Part shown: positions 17,336 to 24,962 of the stretch, one piece after another
Layout of the letters: each line of letters starts with the position of its first letter
Numbering within the stretch: position 1 is the stretch's first letter
Virus record (IMG/VR): IMGVR_UViG_3300032247_001161
Span: 1 to 28,456 of that record
Strand: one strand, 5' to 3'
Length of the DNA stretch: 28,456 nt
From: a virus
Taxonomy: Duplodnaviria; Caudoviricetes
Program-made: the position numbers and the translations under genes
The notes under the pieces: model-generated
Seen by the model: the letters and a program-made list of their open reading frames with translations, nothing else
Told to the model about the DNA's origin: nothing
The model's database searches: none

Positions 17336-18336
17336 TCATGGGTCTGGGCTGGGTTGAGCAACCAGCTGCGTGAAGATCGGCAGCGGGAGCTCTCCCGTCT
17401 CGAGCAGGCGTGCCAAGACAGATCTCGTCTCCGGAGTCGGGCCGACGGGTTGAGCGCCCTCGGGGGACCAGTCGGGGAATGGCAGGAAGTCCTTGACATC
17501 GATCTTAGGGAGCTCGCCCTGAGCTCCGGCAAAGCCGTGAGCGATGCTGATCAGCTGGAGGCACAGCTTTGCCGTAGTGACGGACGCCAGGTTGTGGGTG
17601 CGCTGCTCCTCATTGCTGATGAACTCCAAAGCGGTCGAGATGGCGCAGAGCGGGGTGCGCAGGAATCGCTCTCGGGGGAAGTCCTGTCCGAGGGAGGAGC
17701 TTCGCAGTCGGAGGTACAGCGCGTCCCAGTCCGTCGCTGGGGTGCGCAGGATCAGCTCGCACCGTTTGATCTCCTCCTCGACATTCAGCTCTTCGGTTTT
17801 GGGCTTGGGGTTTCTGCCTCGGCGTTTCCCGCCGCTTCCGCCTCCAGCTCCTCCTTAGGCCAGCCGTCGCGTTCCCAGAGGATGAACTCGAAGATTTGAT
17901 TGAGCAGTTTGGTAGGAAGTACCTCAGTGTCTGCTTCGGTCCAGTCTTCTGTTTGAGTCCAGCTAGTGGACGACGGTAGCTTTACAGTGCCCCTGTGCCT
18001 CATGAAAAGGCTGACGTAATCAATCTTCTGTTCCGTAGCGCTGATTGAATCAGCAGAAAGAGCTTCGATGTCAGAAGAATACTCGTATAGAATGTCTTCA
18101 TTTTTATCGTCACCGATCTCGGTTAGTGCATTAAGCGCATCTTTGATGGGGATGTTTCTGTCTTTGGCAATGCGCTGTGCAAGACGCATTGAGCGGTACG
18201 TGCTCTTGGCTTGTTTCTTTGTGAGTGCTTCGATCCCCTTGGCTTCCCCAGGAGTCAGGTCTTCGAACACCGGGAAGCGGAACGGGCCGATTTTGTGGAA
18301 TCGCTCGGCCTCAAACAGGATGCTGTACTTGCTCAT
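17336..18336 (-). CDS. Tail assembly chaperone, long (-1 frameshift, G-T type) form, ~333 aa
   Basis: After G GGA AAC the -1 frame reads GKRRGRNPKPKTEELNVEEEIKRCELILRTPATDWDALYLRL... and is open into ORF 17336-17629. Confidence 0.85.
17785..18336 (-). CDS. Tail assembly chaperone, short form (lambda G equivalent)
   Basis: 183 aa, between the major tail and tape measure genes, with a slippery heptamer near its 3' end. Confidence 0.85.
   Translation of the reverse strand: MSKYSILFEAERFHKIGPFRFPVFEDLTPGEAKGIEALTKKQAKSTYRSMRLAQRIAKDRNIPIKDALNALTEIGDDKNEDILYEYSSDIEALSADSISATEQKIDYVSLFMRHRGTVKLPSSTSWTQTEDWTEADTEVLPTKLLNQIFEFILWERDGWPKEELEAEAAGNAEAETPSPKPKS
17824..17830 (-). other. -1 ribosomal frameshift slippery site G GGA AAC
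   Basis: In-frame GCG GGA AAC fits X XXY YYZ, at the canonical position for tail chaperone frameshifts. Confidence 0.85.
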
Positions 18337-18565
18337 GGGTTATCGGGAGGGCGATCGACCAGGCTCGGGTGGGTGCGGGCTGGTTGAGCGCCTCGTCGGG
18401 CAGTTGCACGTCCAGATTAACGCCGTTATGCGAAAGGCGTATAAGCTGGAAGGGGTTGAGGGGTTCAACGTAGAGGGCTCCACAGTGAAGGGTGGATCCC
18501 TCTACTTTGCAGTTGACTGCATAGACTGTGTGTGCGGGATCTATAAGGATGTCGTGTTGAGTCAT
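18311..18565 (-). CDS. Hypothetical protein (84 aa)
   Basis: ATG at 18565 just after the terminator (MTQHDILIDP...); fills the gap and overlaps the chaperone start by 26 nt. Confidence 0.6.
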   Translation of the reverse strand: MTQHDILIDPAHTVYAVNCKVEGSTLHCGALYVEPLNPFQLIRLSHNGVNLDVQLPDEALNQPAPTRAWSIALPITHEQVQHPV

Positions 18566-18572
18566 TGGCAAG

Positions 18573-18595
18573 AAAAAAGGGGCCTGGAAGGCCCC
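18573..18595 (-). terminator. Rho-independent terminator after the major tail gene
   Basis: Minus strand reads GGGGCCT-TCC-AGGCCCC followed by TTTTTT, about 30 nt after the stop at 18626. Confidence 0.85.
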
Positions 18596-18625
18596 CTTGG
18601 TTGGCTCGAACCAGTCTGACGAAGA

Positions 18626-19636
18626 TCAGGCGGTGCGGAAGGTGGTGACGAAGCCGGCGAGGGGGCGCTTGACGCCGGAGGCGGAAGCGGTGCCGGTGCC
18701 GTCGACAGCCTGGGTGATGGCGCCGTCGGTTACACGCAGACGGTAGATGGTGGCAGCACCGAGGTCGGTGATCGGGTCGATGGTGACCACGCCACCGGTC
18801 AGGCTGACTGCTGCGGGGACGACCACGCCGGACGAGGCGAGCTCGAGGCGGAAGCCGGAACCGTCCGTTTGGCCCAGGGCCAGCTGGGTGAGGGGAGCAG
18901 TGCCGTCGCTGGTGTAGGTGACGGTCAGGTTCGCTGTCACCACGGCAGCGCTGGCGTTGTCGGCCGGCGTGACGGCGTAACGGCGGGTGCCGGTGGTGGG
19001 GGCGGTGGACAGCAGACCACCCTGGACACCGCCGAATTTCAGGGCGGTGCTGCCGGCGTTGTAGCGGCCGAAGACGGCCCTACCGCGGGACATGGTGTCG
19101 AACGAGATTTGAGTCAGACCTTCGGCCGACTTGGACTCGTTGTAGTTCATGATCACACAGTTGAAACCTGTGTAGTCATAGATCCAGTCACCGGAGGTGC
19201 CGTTGATTGGGCCGAGCTCTTTGAGGAACTCGATGTAGATCTCGTAGTCCTTGTTGTAGCGGCACTTCTCGATCAGGGCGAAGCCTTTCTCGTAGTCGCC
19301 GCGGAACTGCGGGCAGGTTTTGCCGGAAGGGATCTCGGCACTCTTGAGGAAGTAGCCGCTGTTGCTTGCCTGGACACGGGAGCCGGTGATGACGCCGTCA
19401 CCCCAGCCATCGTCACCGAGGAGGCGGAATGCCTGCTCGTTGTCCTGGATCTGGAAGTTGGACTGAGTGATGCCCTGGATCTCGACGTACTGGGAGCCAG
19501 CGTCGAGGGTGGGCAGAGTGATGAAACCGTCGCTACCACGGGTGGCGAAGTAGCGGCAGGGAGGGGTGAGGTCCACGGCGCGGACGAGGGTCCGGTGAGC
19601 CTTGTGGAACGACAGCCCGATGGCGTAGTCAGCCAT
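18626..19636 (-). CDS. Major tail (tube) protein with C-terminal Ig-like (Big_5-type) domain
   Basis: 336 aa with a strong RBS (AAGGAG), strongly biased codons and a downstream terminator. The C-terminus (AVTPADNAS...LTVTY...VVTIDPITDLGAATIYRLRV) is Ig-like. Confidence 0.8.
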   Translation of the reverse strand: MADYAIGLSFHKAHRTLVRAVDLTPPCRYFATRGSDGFITLPTLDAGSQYVEIQGITQSNFQIQDNEQAFRLLGDDGWGDGVITGSRVQASNSGYFLKSAEIPSGKTCPQFRGDYEKGFALIEKCRYNKDYEIYIEFLKELGPINGTSGDWIYDYTGFNCVIMNYNESKSAEGLTQISFDTMSRGRAVFGRYNAGSTALKFGGVQGGLLSTAPTTGTRRYAVTPADNASAAVVTANLTVTYTSDGTAPLTQLALGQTDGSGFRLELASSGVVVPAAVSLTGGVVTIDPITDLGAATIYRLRVTDGAITQAVDGTGTASASGVKRPLAGFVTTFRTA

Positions 19637-19649
19637 GGTGGGGGACTCC

Positions 19650-20126
19650 TTAGGGGATCGGGGGGTTCAGAACGGCGCCGCTGATGCGGGCCGTCAAGGC
19701 CTCGTAGGTGGCCTCAGTGCGGGGCAGGTACATGACCTGATCCCGCGGGAATGCGTGAGCCAGGCGGCGCCGGATGTCCAGCACCGAGATCGGCATCACA
19801 GTTCCGTCTTTGGTGCCGTAGTTGGTGAAGCGGACAAGCCACTTCTCGATTTGCACCAGACCGGACATACCGCCCAGGTCTGCAATGTCGTCTGGGACGT
19901 CATTGATCGTGCATTCGATACCAACAACTTTCCAAGAGGAAGGCACCATGTCTTTGCCAGTCACAAACACTGCAGGAATACAGGTGTGATTGGGCAGGAC
20001 GTAGTAGCCGGGCCAGCTGGCCTGCGGCTTGAGCGTGGTTCCATCGACCTCGTAGAGGTTGAGGATGTGACGCTCGATGGTGCGGCGCAGGTCCAGGGCC
20101 GAGGGGCAGGGGGAGATCGTCGTCAT
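19650..20126 (-). CDS. Putative tail terminator/completion protein
   Basis: 158 aa, immediately upstream of the major tail gene, with an ATGA overlap. Assigned by synteny. Confidence 0.55.
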   Translation of the reverse strand: MTTISPCPSALDLRRTIERHILNLYEVDGTTLKPQASWPGYYVLPNHTCIPAVFVTGKDMVPSSWKVVGIECTINDVPDDIADLGGMSGLVQIEKWLVRFTNYGTKDGTVMPISVLDIRRRLAHAFPRDQVMYLPRTEATYEALTARISGAVLNPPIP

Positions 20127-20503
20127 TGACGTCCCTCCTCTGTCAGGGCCTGGGCCAGGTACTCGCCGAACTTGGCGGGCGCCTCAGACAGGGGAGCCTT
20201 AGTCCAAGGCCGGCCAGGGAAGGCGCGACCATCGAGGCCGACTCCGCCCTCGTGGACTTGCCCGGCGTACTCCACGGGCCAGGTGAAGGTCACAGAACCA
20301 TCGGCGTTGGTGATTCGTGTCTGGCTGGCGCGGAGGCGGCCGGTGTCGACAATGTCCCGCAGCTGCGGGGGTGTCGGGAACTCCCACTTCACGGCGGAGA
20401 TCTCCTGTGTGAAGCGGATGTCGAGGTAGGTCGCTGTCTGCTTCAGCGCGAGGTCCACAGCTTCCTGGAAAGCGTTGGATAGGCGGCTCGGCCTGTTACT
20501 CAT
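20123..20503 (-). CDS. Neck/tail-completion protein (HK97 gp10-like)
   Basis: True start ATG at 20503 (MSNRPSRL; TGATG overlap), 126 aa; IVDTGRLRAS...VEYAGQVHEG...PGRPW signature. Confidence 0.75.
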   Translation of the reverse strand: MSNRPSRLSNAFQEAVDLALKQTATYLDIRFTQEISAVKWEFPTPPQLRDIVDTGRLRASQTRITNADGSVTFTWPVEYAGQVHEGGVGLDGRAFPGRPWTKAPLSEAPAKFGEYLAQALTEEGRQ

Positions 20504-20898
20504 CAGGGGCCTCCCACGACACGGAAGGTGCCAACCAGGGGCTGGCGCAGATCGCGGTAGGCGCCCTGGTCCATCGAGAGGGCGAAAGCCAGCTCGAAGC
20601 GGCCTCGGAGACCGTTGACGACGGCGTCGGCCTGACTGCCGTTCGTGATCCGGGGATCCAGGACAGCAGGGGAGAGTAGACGGCCTTGGACGGAGTAGGC
20701 CGTGGTGTCGGCGCCGGGTTGGCCCTGCCAGGACGGCTGCGCCGGCTGGAGGGCAGCCAGGTATTCCACGACCTCGGTGGCCGTGGTGGCATTGCCGGTG
20801 GTCGGATCCGTGGTGACCGTGCCCGTTGGAACCTCGAACGCCAGCATCGCGTTCCCGTGAGGGGCGTAGGCGGCGATCGTGGCGGCGGGAATGGTCAA
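20503..20898 (-). CDS. Putative head-closure protein
   Basis: 131 aa with a TTG start overlapping the upstream TGA; beta-rich; assigned by synteny. Confidence 0.55.
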   Translation of the reverse strand: MTIPAATIAAYAPHGNAMLAFEVPTGTVTTDPTTGNATTATEVVEYLAALQPAQPSWQGQPGADTTAYSVQGRLLSPAVLDPRITNGSQADAVVNGLRGRFELAFALSMDQGAYRDLRQPLVGTFRVVGGP

Positions 20899-21203
20899 AT
20901 CGCGAATCCGGTGAGGGCAAGGCCCCTGAACAGGCGCTCGTACTCCTGGCCGTAGAGGGTGGACTGGGTCAGCTGCCCACTGGGCGGGCCAGAGGGGGAG
21001 CCGACCTGCATGCCGATCTGCATCGTCCTCGTGGAGAGCAGATGGGCGGCCAGGTAGGAGGCTGCGTCAACGCGAACCGCTCCCCACACGGAGGCGGGAG
21101 TGGCCCGGCTCGCCTCGCTCAGAGCACCGTCGACCACCGAGGACGATTGCTCGCCGAACTCGGGGAATCGGGAAAGGAACTCGTGGCGAGTAAGGAGGGA
21201 CAT
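20895..21203 (-). CDS. Head-tail connector (DUF4054-like)
   Basis: True start ATG at 21203 (102 aa); FLSRFPEF...YLAAHLL...STLYGQEY is the DUF4054 pattern. Confidence 0.8.
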   Translation of the reverse strand: MSLLTRHEFLSRFPEFGEQSSSVVDGALSEASRATPASVWGAVRVDAASYLAAHLLSTRTMQIGMQVGSPSGPPSGQLTQSTLYGQEYERLFRGLALTGFAI

Positions 21204-21616
21204 CAGCCGGCGCCCTCGGTGATGGCACTGATGCGCTTGCTGATCGCGTTCTTCACCCGGATGCGGGACTCTTTGACGTCCCACTTGCGCAGCTGATCCA
21301 GATCGAAGGAGTCTTCGATCAGGGTCAGGGCGTCGGTCAGGGAGAGGGTGGTGATCCCCTCCTTGGCGGCGGCTTCGGGACTGACGAGCTCGGGGGATTC
21401 CTCCTCGACGATGCGCAGGGCACCGATGGTGAGGAGGGTCTTGACGGCGTCGTAGTGCCTGATCTTCTCCCAGGTCTCCTCGGAGAAGTCGCGATTGACT
21501 CCGCCTGTGAGTTGGGCGTACTCCGAGTTGCCGCTGCCGTTGATGAAGCTGAAAGCAATGGTGCTTTCGGCTGCCATCGGTGGGTTTTGGAGCTCGGGAC
21601 GGAAAGCGAGGATCAT
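21203..21616 (-). CDS. Hypothetical head-associated protein (137 aa)
   Basis: Likely start MILAFRPEL at 21616. The C-terminal helical unit (ALTLIEDSFDLDQLRKW...ESRIRVKNAI) is common in genes following capsid genes. Confidence 0.65.
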   Translation of the reverse strand: MILAFRPELQNPPMAAESTIAFSFINGSGNSEYAQLTGGVNRDFSEETWEKIRHYDAVKTLLTIGALRIVEEESPELVSPEAAAKEGITTLSLTDALTLIEDSFDLDQLRKWDVKESRIRVKNAISKRISAITEGAG

Positions 21617-21665
21617 GATCGGGTGAAGTGAGGAGCCAACCTGTTCAGGAAGTGGACGGAGAAGG

Positions 21666-22595
21666 TCAGGCCTTTTCCATGACGATGGTGCTCTTGGGGT
21701 AGTAGAGCGCCATGCCACCGATGCGGGAGTGGGCCGCAATGGTGAACTCGAGGCCGCGCCGCTCGGGAGGGAAGAACTCCAGGGGCTGCGGGATGTGCAG
21801 CTGGAGCTTGTCGGGCGAGCGGTCGTAGCAGATGATCCGGTCCTTGGACAGGAAGCCGAAGGACTTGGTGGCCTCGAGCTCGTTGATCGGCTCGATGCTG
21901 GTGATCATCGGGTTGGTGCGGAGGAAGAACTCCATCACCGTGGTGTCCGACGTGGTCGAACGGGGCCGGGTCGAGATGATGCGGTACACGTTGTAGGGGA
22001 CCAACATCGTGTTCGGCATCTCCTTCATGTTGGAGTTCTGGACGAGGCGGGTGGGGGCCTCGTTCAGCAGTTCCAGCATCTCGTCGGTGGTTGCGGTGTC
22101 GAACCAGACGGAGGGGACGAGCTTGTCGACCTGATCGTTGTTGAAGAAGCCCTTCATGCCCGAGGGGGAGTCGCCGAAATAGGCGATCTCTTGGACTTTC
22201 TCCTCGTAGGCGCGGCGCACGGCGTTGGCACGGCGCTGCTCCAGGTTCATGTTGGGCACCATGGCGGCGGCCCGCGTCTCCTGGACGGTGTAAGCGAACG
22301 AGCCGCCAAGGGACTTGATCGGATAGGTCACTTCCTTCCGAAGGACGTCGGCGCGGGGCAGATCCTGCGCCTTGTCACCGATGATCTTCATCGAACCTTG
22401 CTTGTCGAAGATTCGATAGGTGAAGCTATCGGCGCCAGGTCCGACCTCGGAGGAGATCGGGATCAGGCTGCTGTACTTGATGTCGGCGTACTCGACCTCG
22501 AAGGTACGGGAGAGGATGATCTCCAGTTCCCTCGCGAGAAAGATGCCGACTTGGTTGTCGAGTCGGGTGTCGTTTGTCATGGGGGTAGCCGTCAT
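21666..22595 (-). CDS. Major capsid protein (DUF2184/HK97 fold)
   Basis: 309 aa; FLARELE...LIPISSEVGPGADSFTY...DLPRAD...IAYFGD...GFFNN pattern; strongly biased codon usage. Confidence 0.88.
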   Translation of the reverse strand: MTATPMTNDTRLDNQVGIFLARELEIILSRTFEVEYADIKYSSLIPISSEVGPGADSFTYRIFDKQGSMKIIGDKAQDLPRADVLRKEVTYPIKSLGGSFAYTVQETRAAAMVPNMNLEQRRANAVRRAYEEKVQEIAYFGDSPSGMKGFFNNDQVDKLVPSVWFDTATTDEMLELLNEAPTRLVQNSNMKEMPNTMLVPYNVYRIISTRPRSTTSDTTVMEFFLRTNPMITSIEPINELEATKSFGFLSKDRIICYDRSPDKLQLHIPQPLEFFPPERRGLEFTIAAHSRIGGMALYYPKSTIVMEKA

Positions 22596-23203
22596 CAGGC
22601 GTCAGCGGTGAAGGTGCTCGAGGGGATGTCGATCTCCAGCAGCGCCAGGCCGGCACCGGTGGTCGAAGACTGCCAACGGGCGCCGTTGATCAGCACGGTC
22701 TTGCCGGAAAGGGCGGTTTTGGTGAACCGACCGATGTTTCCAGTGGGAACCGTGGCAGAGTTGTCCGCCTTGTGGAAGCGGACAGCATCCGTGAGGTTGA
22801 CGGCGGCGGTTGTCCAGACCCAGATCACACCTTTGGAGACCACATTGACGGTCTCCTTCCATGCGTAACCGACACGCCCATCGCTGTAGAAGGGCGAGGG
22901 CATCGGAAGGTACAGCATGTTGGTCGTGGCCTCGTGGACCTGCGAACTAACTGCAATCCCTTGGATTGCGTTGCTGCTCGTGGCGATCTGGATGGCCGTC
23001 GGGTCGTTGGTGACCGGATCGAGGTCGGTTTGGACGATGGCGCCATAGGGGATGGCGCTACCGGACTGGTTGCGAAAGCTGCGGCAGACGTAGGCCTGCA
23101 GGTCAGCGATCATGCCCTCGTGGCCCACACCTTCCCGCTGGGGGTAGGTGCCTTGGGCGCCGATCGGGTTGGCGACGGTAGTGGCGGTGAAAGTTGCTGC
23201 CAT
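22595..23203 (-). CDS. Capsid decoration/cement protein
   Basis: 202 aa, between protease/scaffold and capsid genes; GMIAD...AIPYG...VNVVSKGVIWV motif; AAGGAG RBS. Confidence 0.72.
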   Translation of the reverse strand: MAATFTATTVANPIGAQGTYPQREGVGHEGMIADLQAYVCRSFRNQSGSAIPYGAIVQTDLDPVTNDPTAIQIATSSNAIQGIAVSSQVHEATTNMLYLPMPSPFYSDGRVGYAWKETVNVVSKGVIWVWTTAAVNLTDAVRFHKADNSATVPTGNIGRFTKTALSGKTVLINGARWQSSTTGAGLALLEIDIPSSTFTADA

Positions 23204-23215
23204 GGGAGGTTCTCC

Positions 23216-24496
23216 TTACTTGGTGGCGGTGAGAGGACGCTTCCAGGCTTCCGCTTGCCGTTGCCGGTAAGCCGAGACCGGCTGGTCGGCGTCGTGACGC
23301 TGCGCTCCGCGCAGGGCGGTGCGAAGGCGGGAGGTGTGGTCGATCGCGTCGCCGCGCTCGTCGTCCTCTTCGTCCTCTTCCTCTTCGTCGTCACCTTCCT
23401 CGTCTTCGAGGTCGTCCTCGGAGTCGTAGTGGGCGGCGAGCAGGCCGTCGACAACGCCGTGGACGTATTCGTCGCTGGCGTCCTCGGAGGGGGAGGAACC
23501 GGTCAGGTTCTCAAAGGCCTGGGCGTAGAGGTCGTCGTCGCCGATGCCGTCGAACTTGAAGTCAGGCTCGAAGGCGGGGGACAGACGTTGCAGGGTGGAG
23601 AGGCGGGCAGCGACCAGTTGGTCGAGCTCCAGGGTGTCGATGCGCGAGGCGCCTTCACCGTCGCTTCCCCCGAGAGCGTTCTCGAGAGCGTCGGCGCGAC
23701 CTTCAGCGGATTCTTTTTCGGTGGCGAGGGTTTCGAGTGCTTCCTCCAGCTCGTCAACCCTGGCTTGCAGGGCTTCGTTGTCGGAGGTGGCGGCCTGCAG
23801 CTGGCGTCCCATGTCCCTGGCGAAGGACTGGACCGCCGTAGCTGCTTCCGCGGGCAGATCGATCTCCAGGCCGTCGAGTTTGACGGTAGCCATGAGGAGA
23901 GATGCAGGTGGTTTGGAGGGTGACACCGAATCATCCTCGTGCTCGGCTACGGCGTCAGCCGCATCCATGCGATCGAGGAGAAGTCGAACCTCAGGGCCGG
24001 CACGGCCTCGGGGGACGATGGCGATGTGGTTGACCCTGATGTTGCGTTGGACGCCGTCGTAGGACTCGCCCTCGGGGGTGAATCCTGGGGTGGGGTCGAA
24101 GTCGACCTTGTAGCCGGCGGAGACCTCGGTGGCCTCTTTGCGCTTGATGCGCTCGACGGAATCTGCGTCGGTGACGACGAGAGCCACTTCAACAAAGCCA
24201 TCAGAGAACTTGACGTGGGAGCCGGAGGTTCCCTTGCTGAATTCGCTGGTGTTTGTCGCGTCGAGGAGGACCGGGGGGTGGGTCCACGTCACAGGTTTCA
24301 TGCCGAACGTCGCGAGGGTGTCGGGGTTTCCGACTTCCTCGGGCGGGCGATATTCCCGGACTTGGGAGCCGTCAGCACGCCGGTACAGCTGTGTGCCCGT
24401 GCGGGCCGCTCGACACCAGACCCTGAGGTAGCCCTCGGGGGTGGTTTCGCTCCTGGTGATAGGGGCGAAGTCGTAGCGGCAGACTGATGCGTCCAT
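23216..24496 (-). CDS. DUF2213-family prohead protease/scaffold protein
   Basis: 426 aa; TPEGYL...ARTGTQLY...RPPEEV...PVTWTHP...EVSAGY...YDGVQRNIRVNHIAIVPRGRAG is the DUF2213 signature; acidic coiled-coil C-terminal half. Confidence 0.9.
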   Translation of the reverse strand: MDASVCRYDFAPITRSETTPEGYLRVWCRAARTGTQLYRRADGSQVREYRPPEEVGNPDTLATFGMKPVTWTHPPVLLDATNTSEFSKGTSGSHVKFSDGFVEVALVVTDADSVERIKRKEATEVSAGYKVDFDPTPGFTPEGESYDGVQRNIRVNHIAIVPRGRAGPEVRLLLDRMDAADAVAEHEDDSVSPSKPPASLLMATVKLDGLEIDLPAEAATAVQSFARDMGRQLQAATSDNEALQARVDELEEALETLATEKESAEGRADALENALGGSDGEGASRIDTLELDQLVAARLSTLQRLSPAFEPDFKFDGIGDDDLYAQAFENLTGSSPSEDASDEYVHGVVDGLLAAHYDSEDDLEDEEGDDEEEEDEEDDERGDAIDHTSRLRTALRGAQRHDADQPVSAYRQRQAEAWKRPLTATK

Positions 24497-24534
24497 AGGG
24501 ACAGATTACGCACTTCAGCTGTGGGCGTTAGCCT

Positions 24535-24551
24535 TATCCGCAGAGCGGATA
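24535..24551. promoter_or_regulatory. 17-bp palindromic candidate operator TATCCGC-AGA-GCGGATA
   Basis: Perfect 7-bp inverted repeat in the 62-bp gap between the divergent HTH and DUF2213 genes, directly after a -10-like TAGCCT (24529-24534, plus strand). Confidence 0.55.
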
Positions 24552-24558
24552 CCGTTGC

Positions 24559-24774
24559 GTGGCGATTCACAGGCAGCTTTTGATGTGTCGAAGATTGCGT
24601 GCGCTGCGTGAAGAGAATTTATTGACGCAGAGTGACGTTGCAGAGAAGCTGGGGGTTAGTCAAGCTGCGTATTCAAGGCTGGAGAAAGGTGAGATTGAAG
24701 TATCGCTGAATAAGCTGATCAAGTTGAGCGAGTTGTATGGGTTGTCGCTTGCGGTGCTGTTAGAGGGGGTTTAG
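24559..24774 (+). CDS. XRE/Cro-CI family helix-turn-helix regulator
   Basis: RLRALREENLLTQSDVAEKLGVSQAAYSRLEKG is a canonical HTH_3 motif. Start is GTG 24559 or ATG 24583. Confidence 0.9.
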   Translation: MAIHRQLLMCRRLRALREENLLTQSDVAEKLGVSQAAYSRLEKGEIEVSLNKLIKLSELYGLSLAVLLEGV

Positions 24775-24962
24775 CGGTCTTGACGTTGCCTAGACATGAT
24801 CGCGGCCTCGGTGTAACGCTCGATGTTCGAGGCGAATTGAGGCGACGCACCTTTACTGCGGACTTCTTCTGCCAGTTTGATGATAGCGTTGATGTCACCG
24901 GCACGGGCTAGATCGCGGGCTTGGACCGTGTACGACTTCATGTCAGCGAGAGTGAATGTCAT
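24771..24962 (-). CDS. Hypothetical protein (63 aa)
   Basis: ATGA overlap with the upstream gene; helical; ends RQRQDR. Confidence 0.55.
   Translation of the reverse strand: MTFTLADMKSYTVQARDLARAGDINAIIKLAEEVRSKGASPQFASNIERYTEAAIMSRQRQDR

Noticed and set aside
20504-20920. N-terminal extensions of ORF-track calls (20123-20920, and likewise 20895-21284 and 21203-21739)
   Set aside because: They overlap better-supported genes. Internal ATGs, two of them with TGATG coupling, give the true starts.
21617-21739. Open +1 frame linking the capsid C-terminus to the next gene (possible extended capsid protein)
   Set aside because: There is no properly phased slippery site or plausible tRNA re-pairing near GAA AAG GCC TGA. 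Short open frames are expected in GC-rich DNA, and the next gene has its own ATG.
18869-24487. Long plus-strand ORFs (e.g. 18869-19684, 21729-22868, 22772-23923)
   Set aside because: These are antisense shadows of highly biased, GC3-rich minus-strand genes and show no recognisable motifs.
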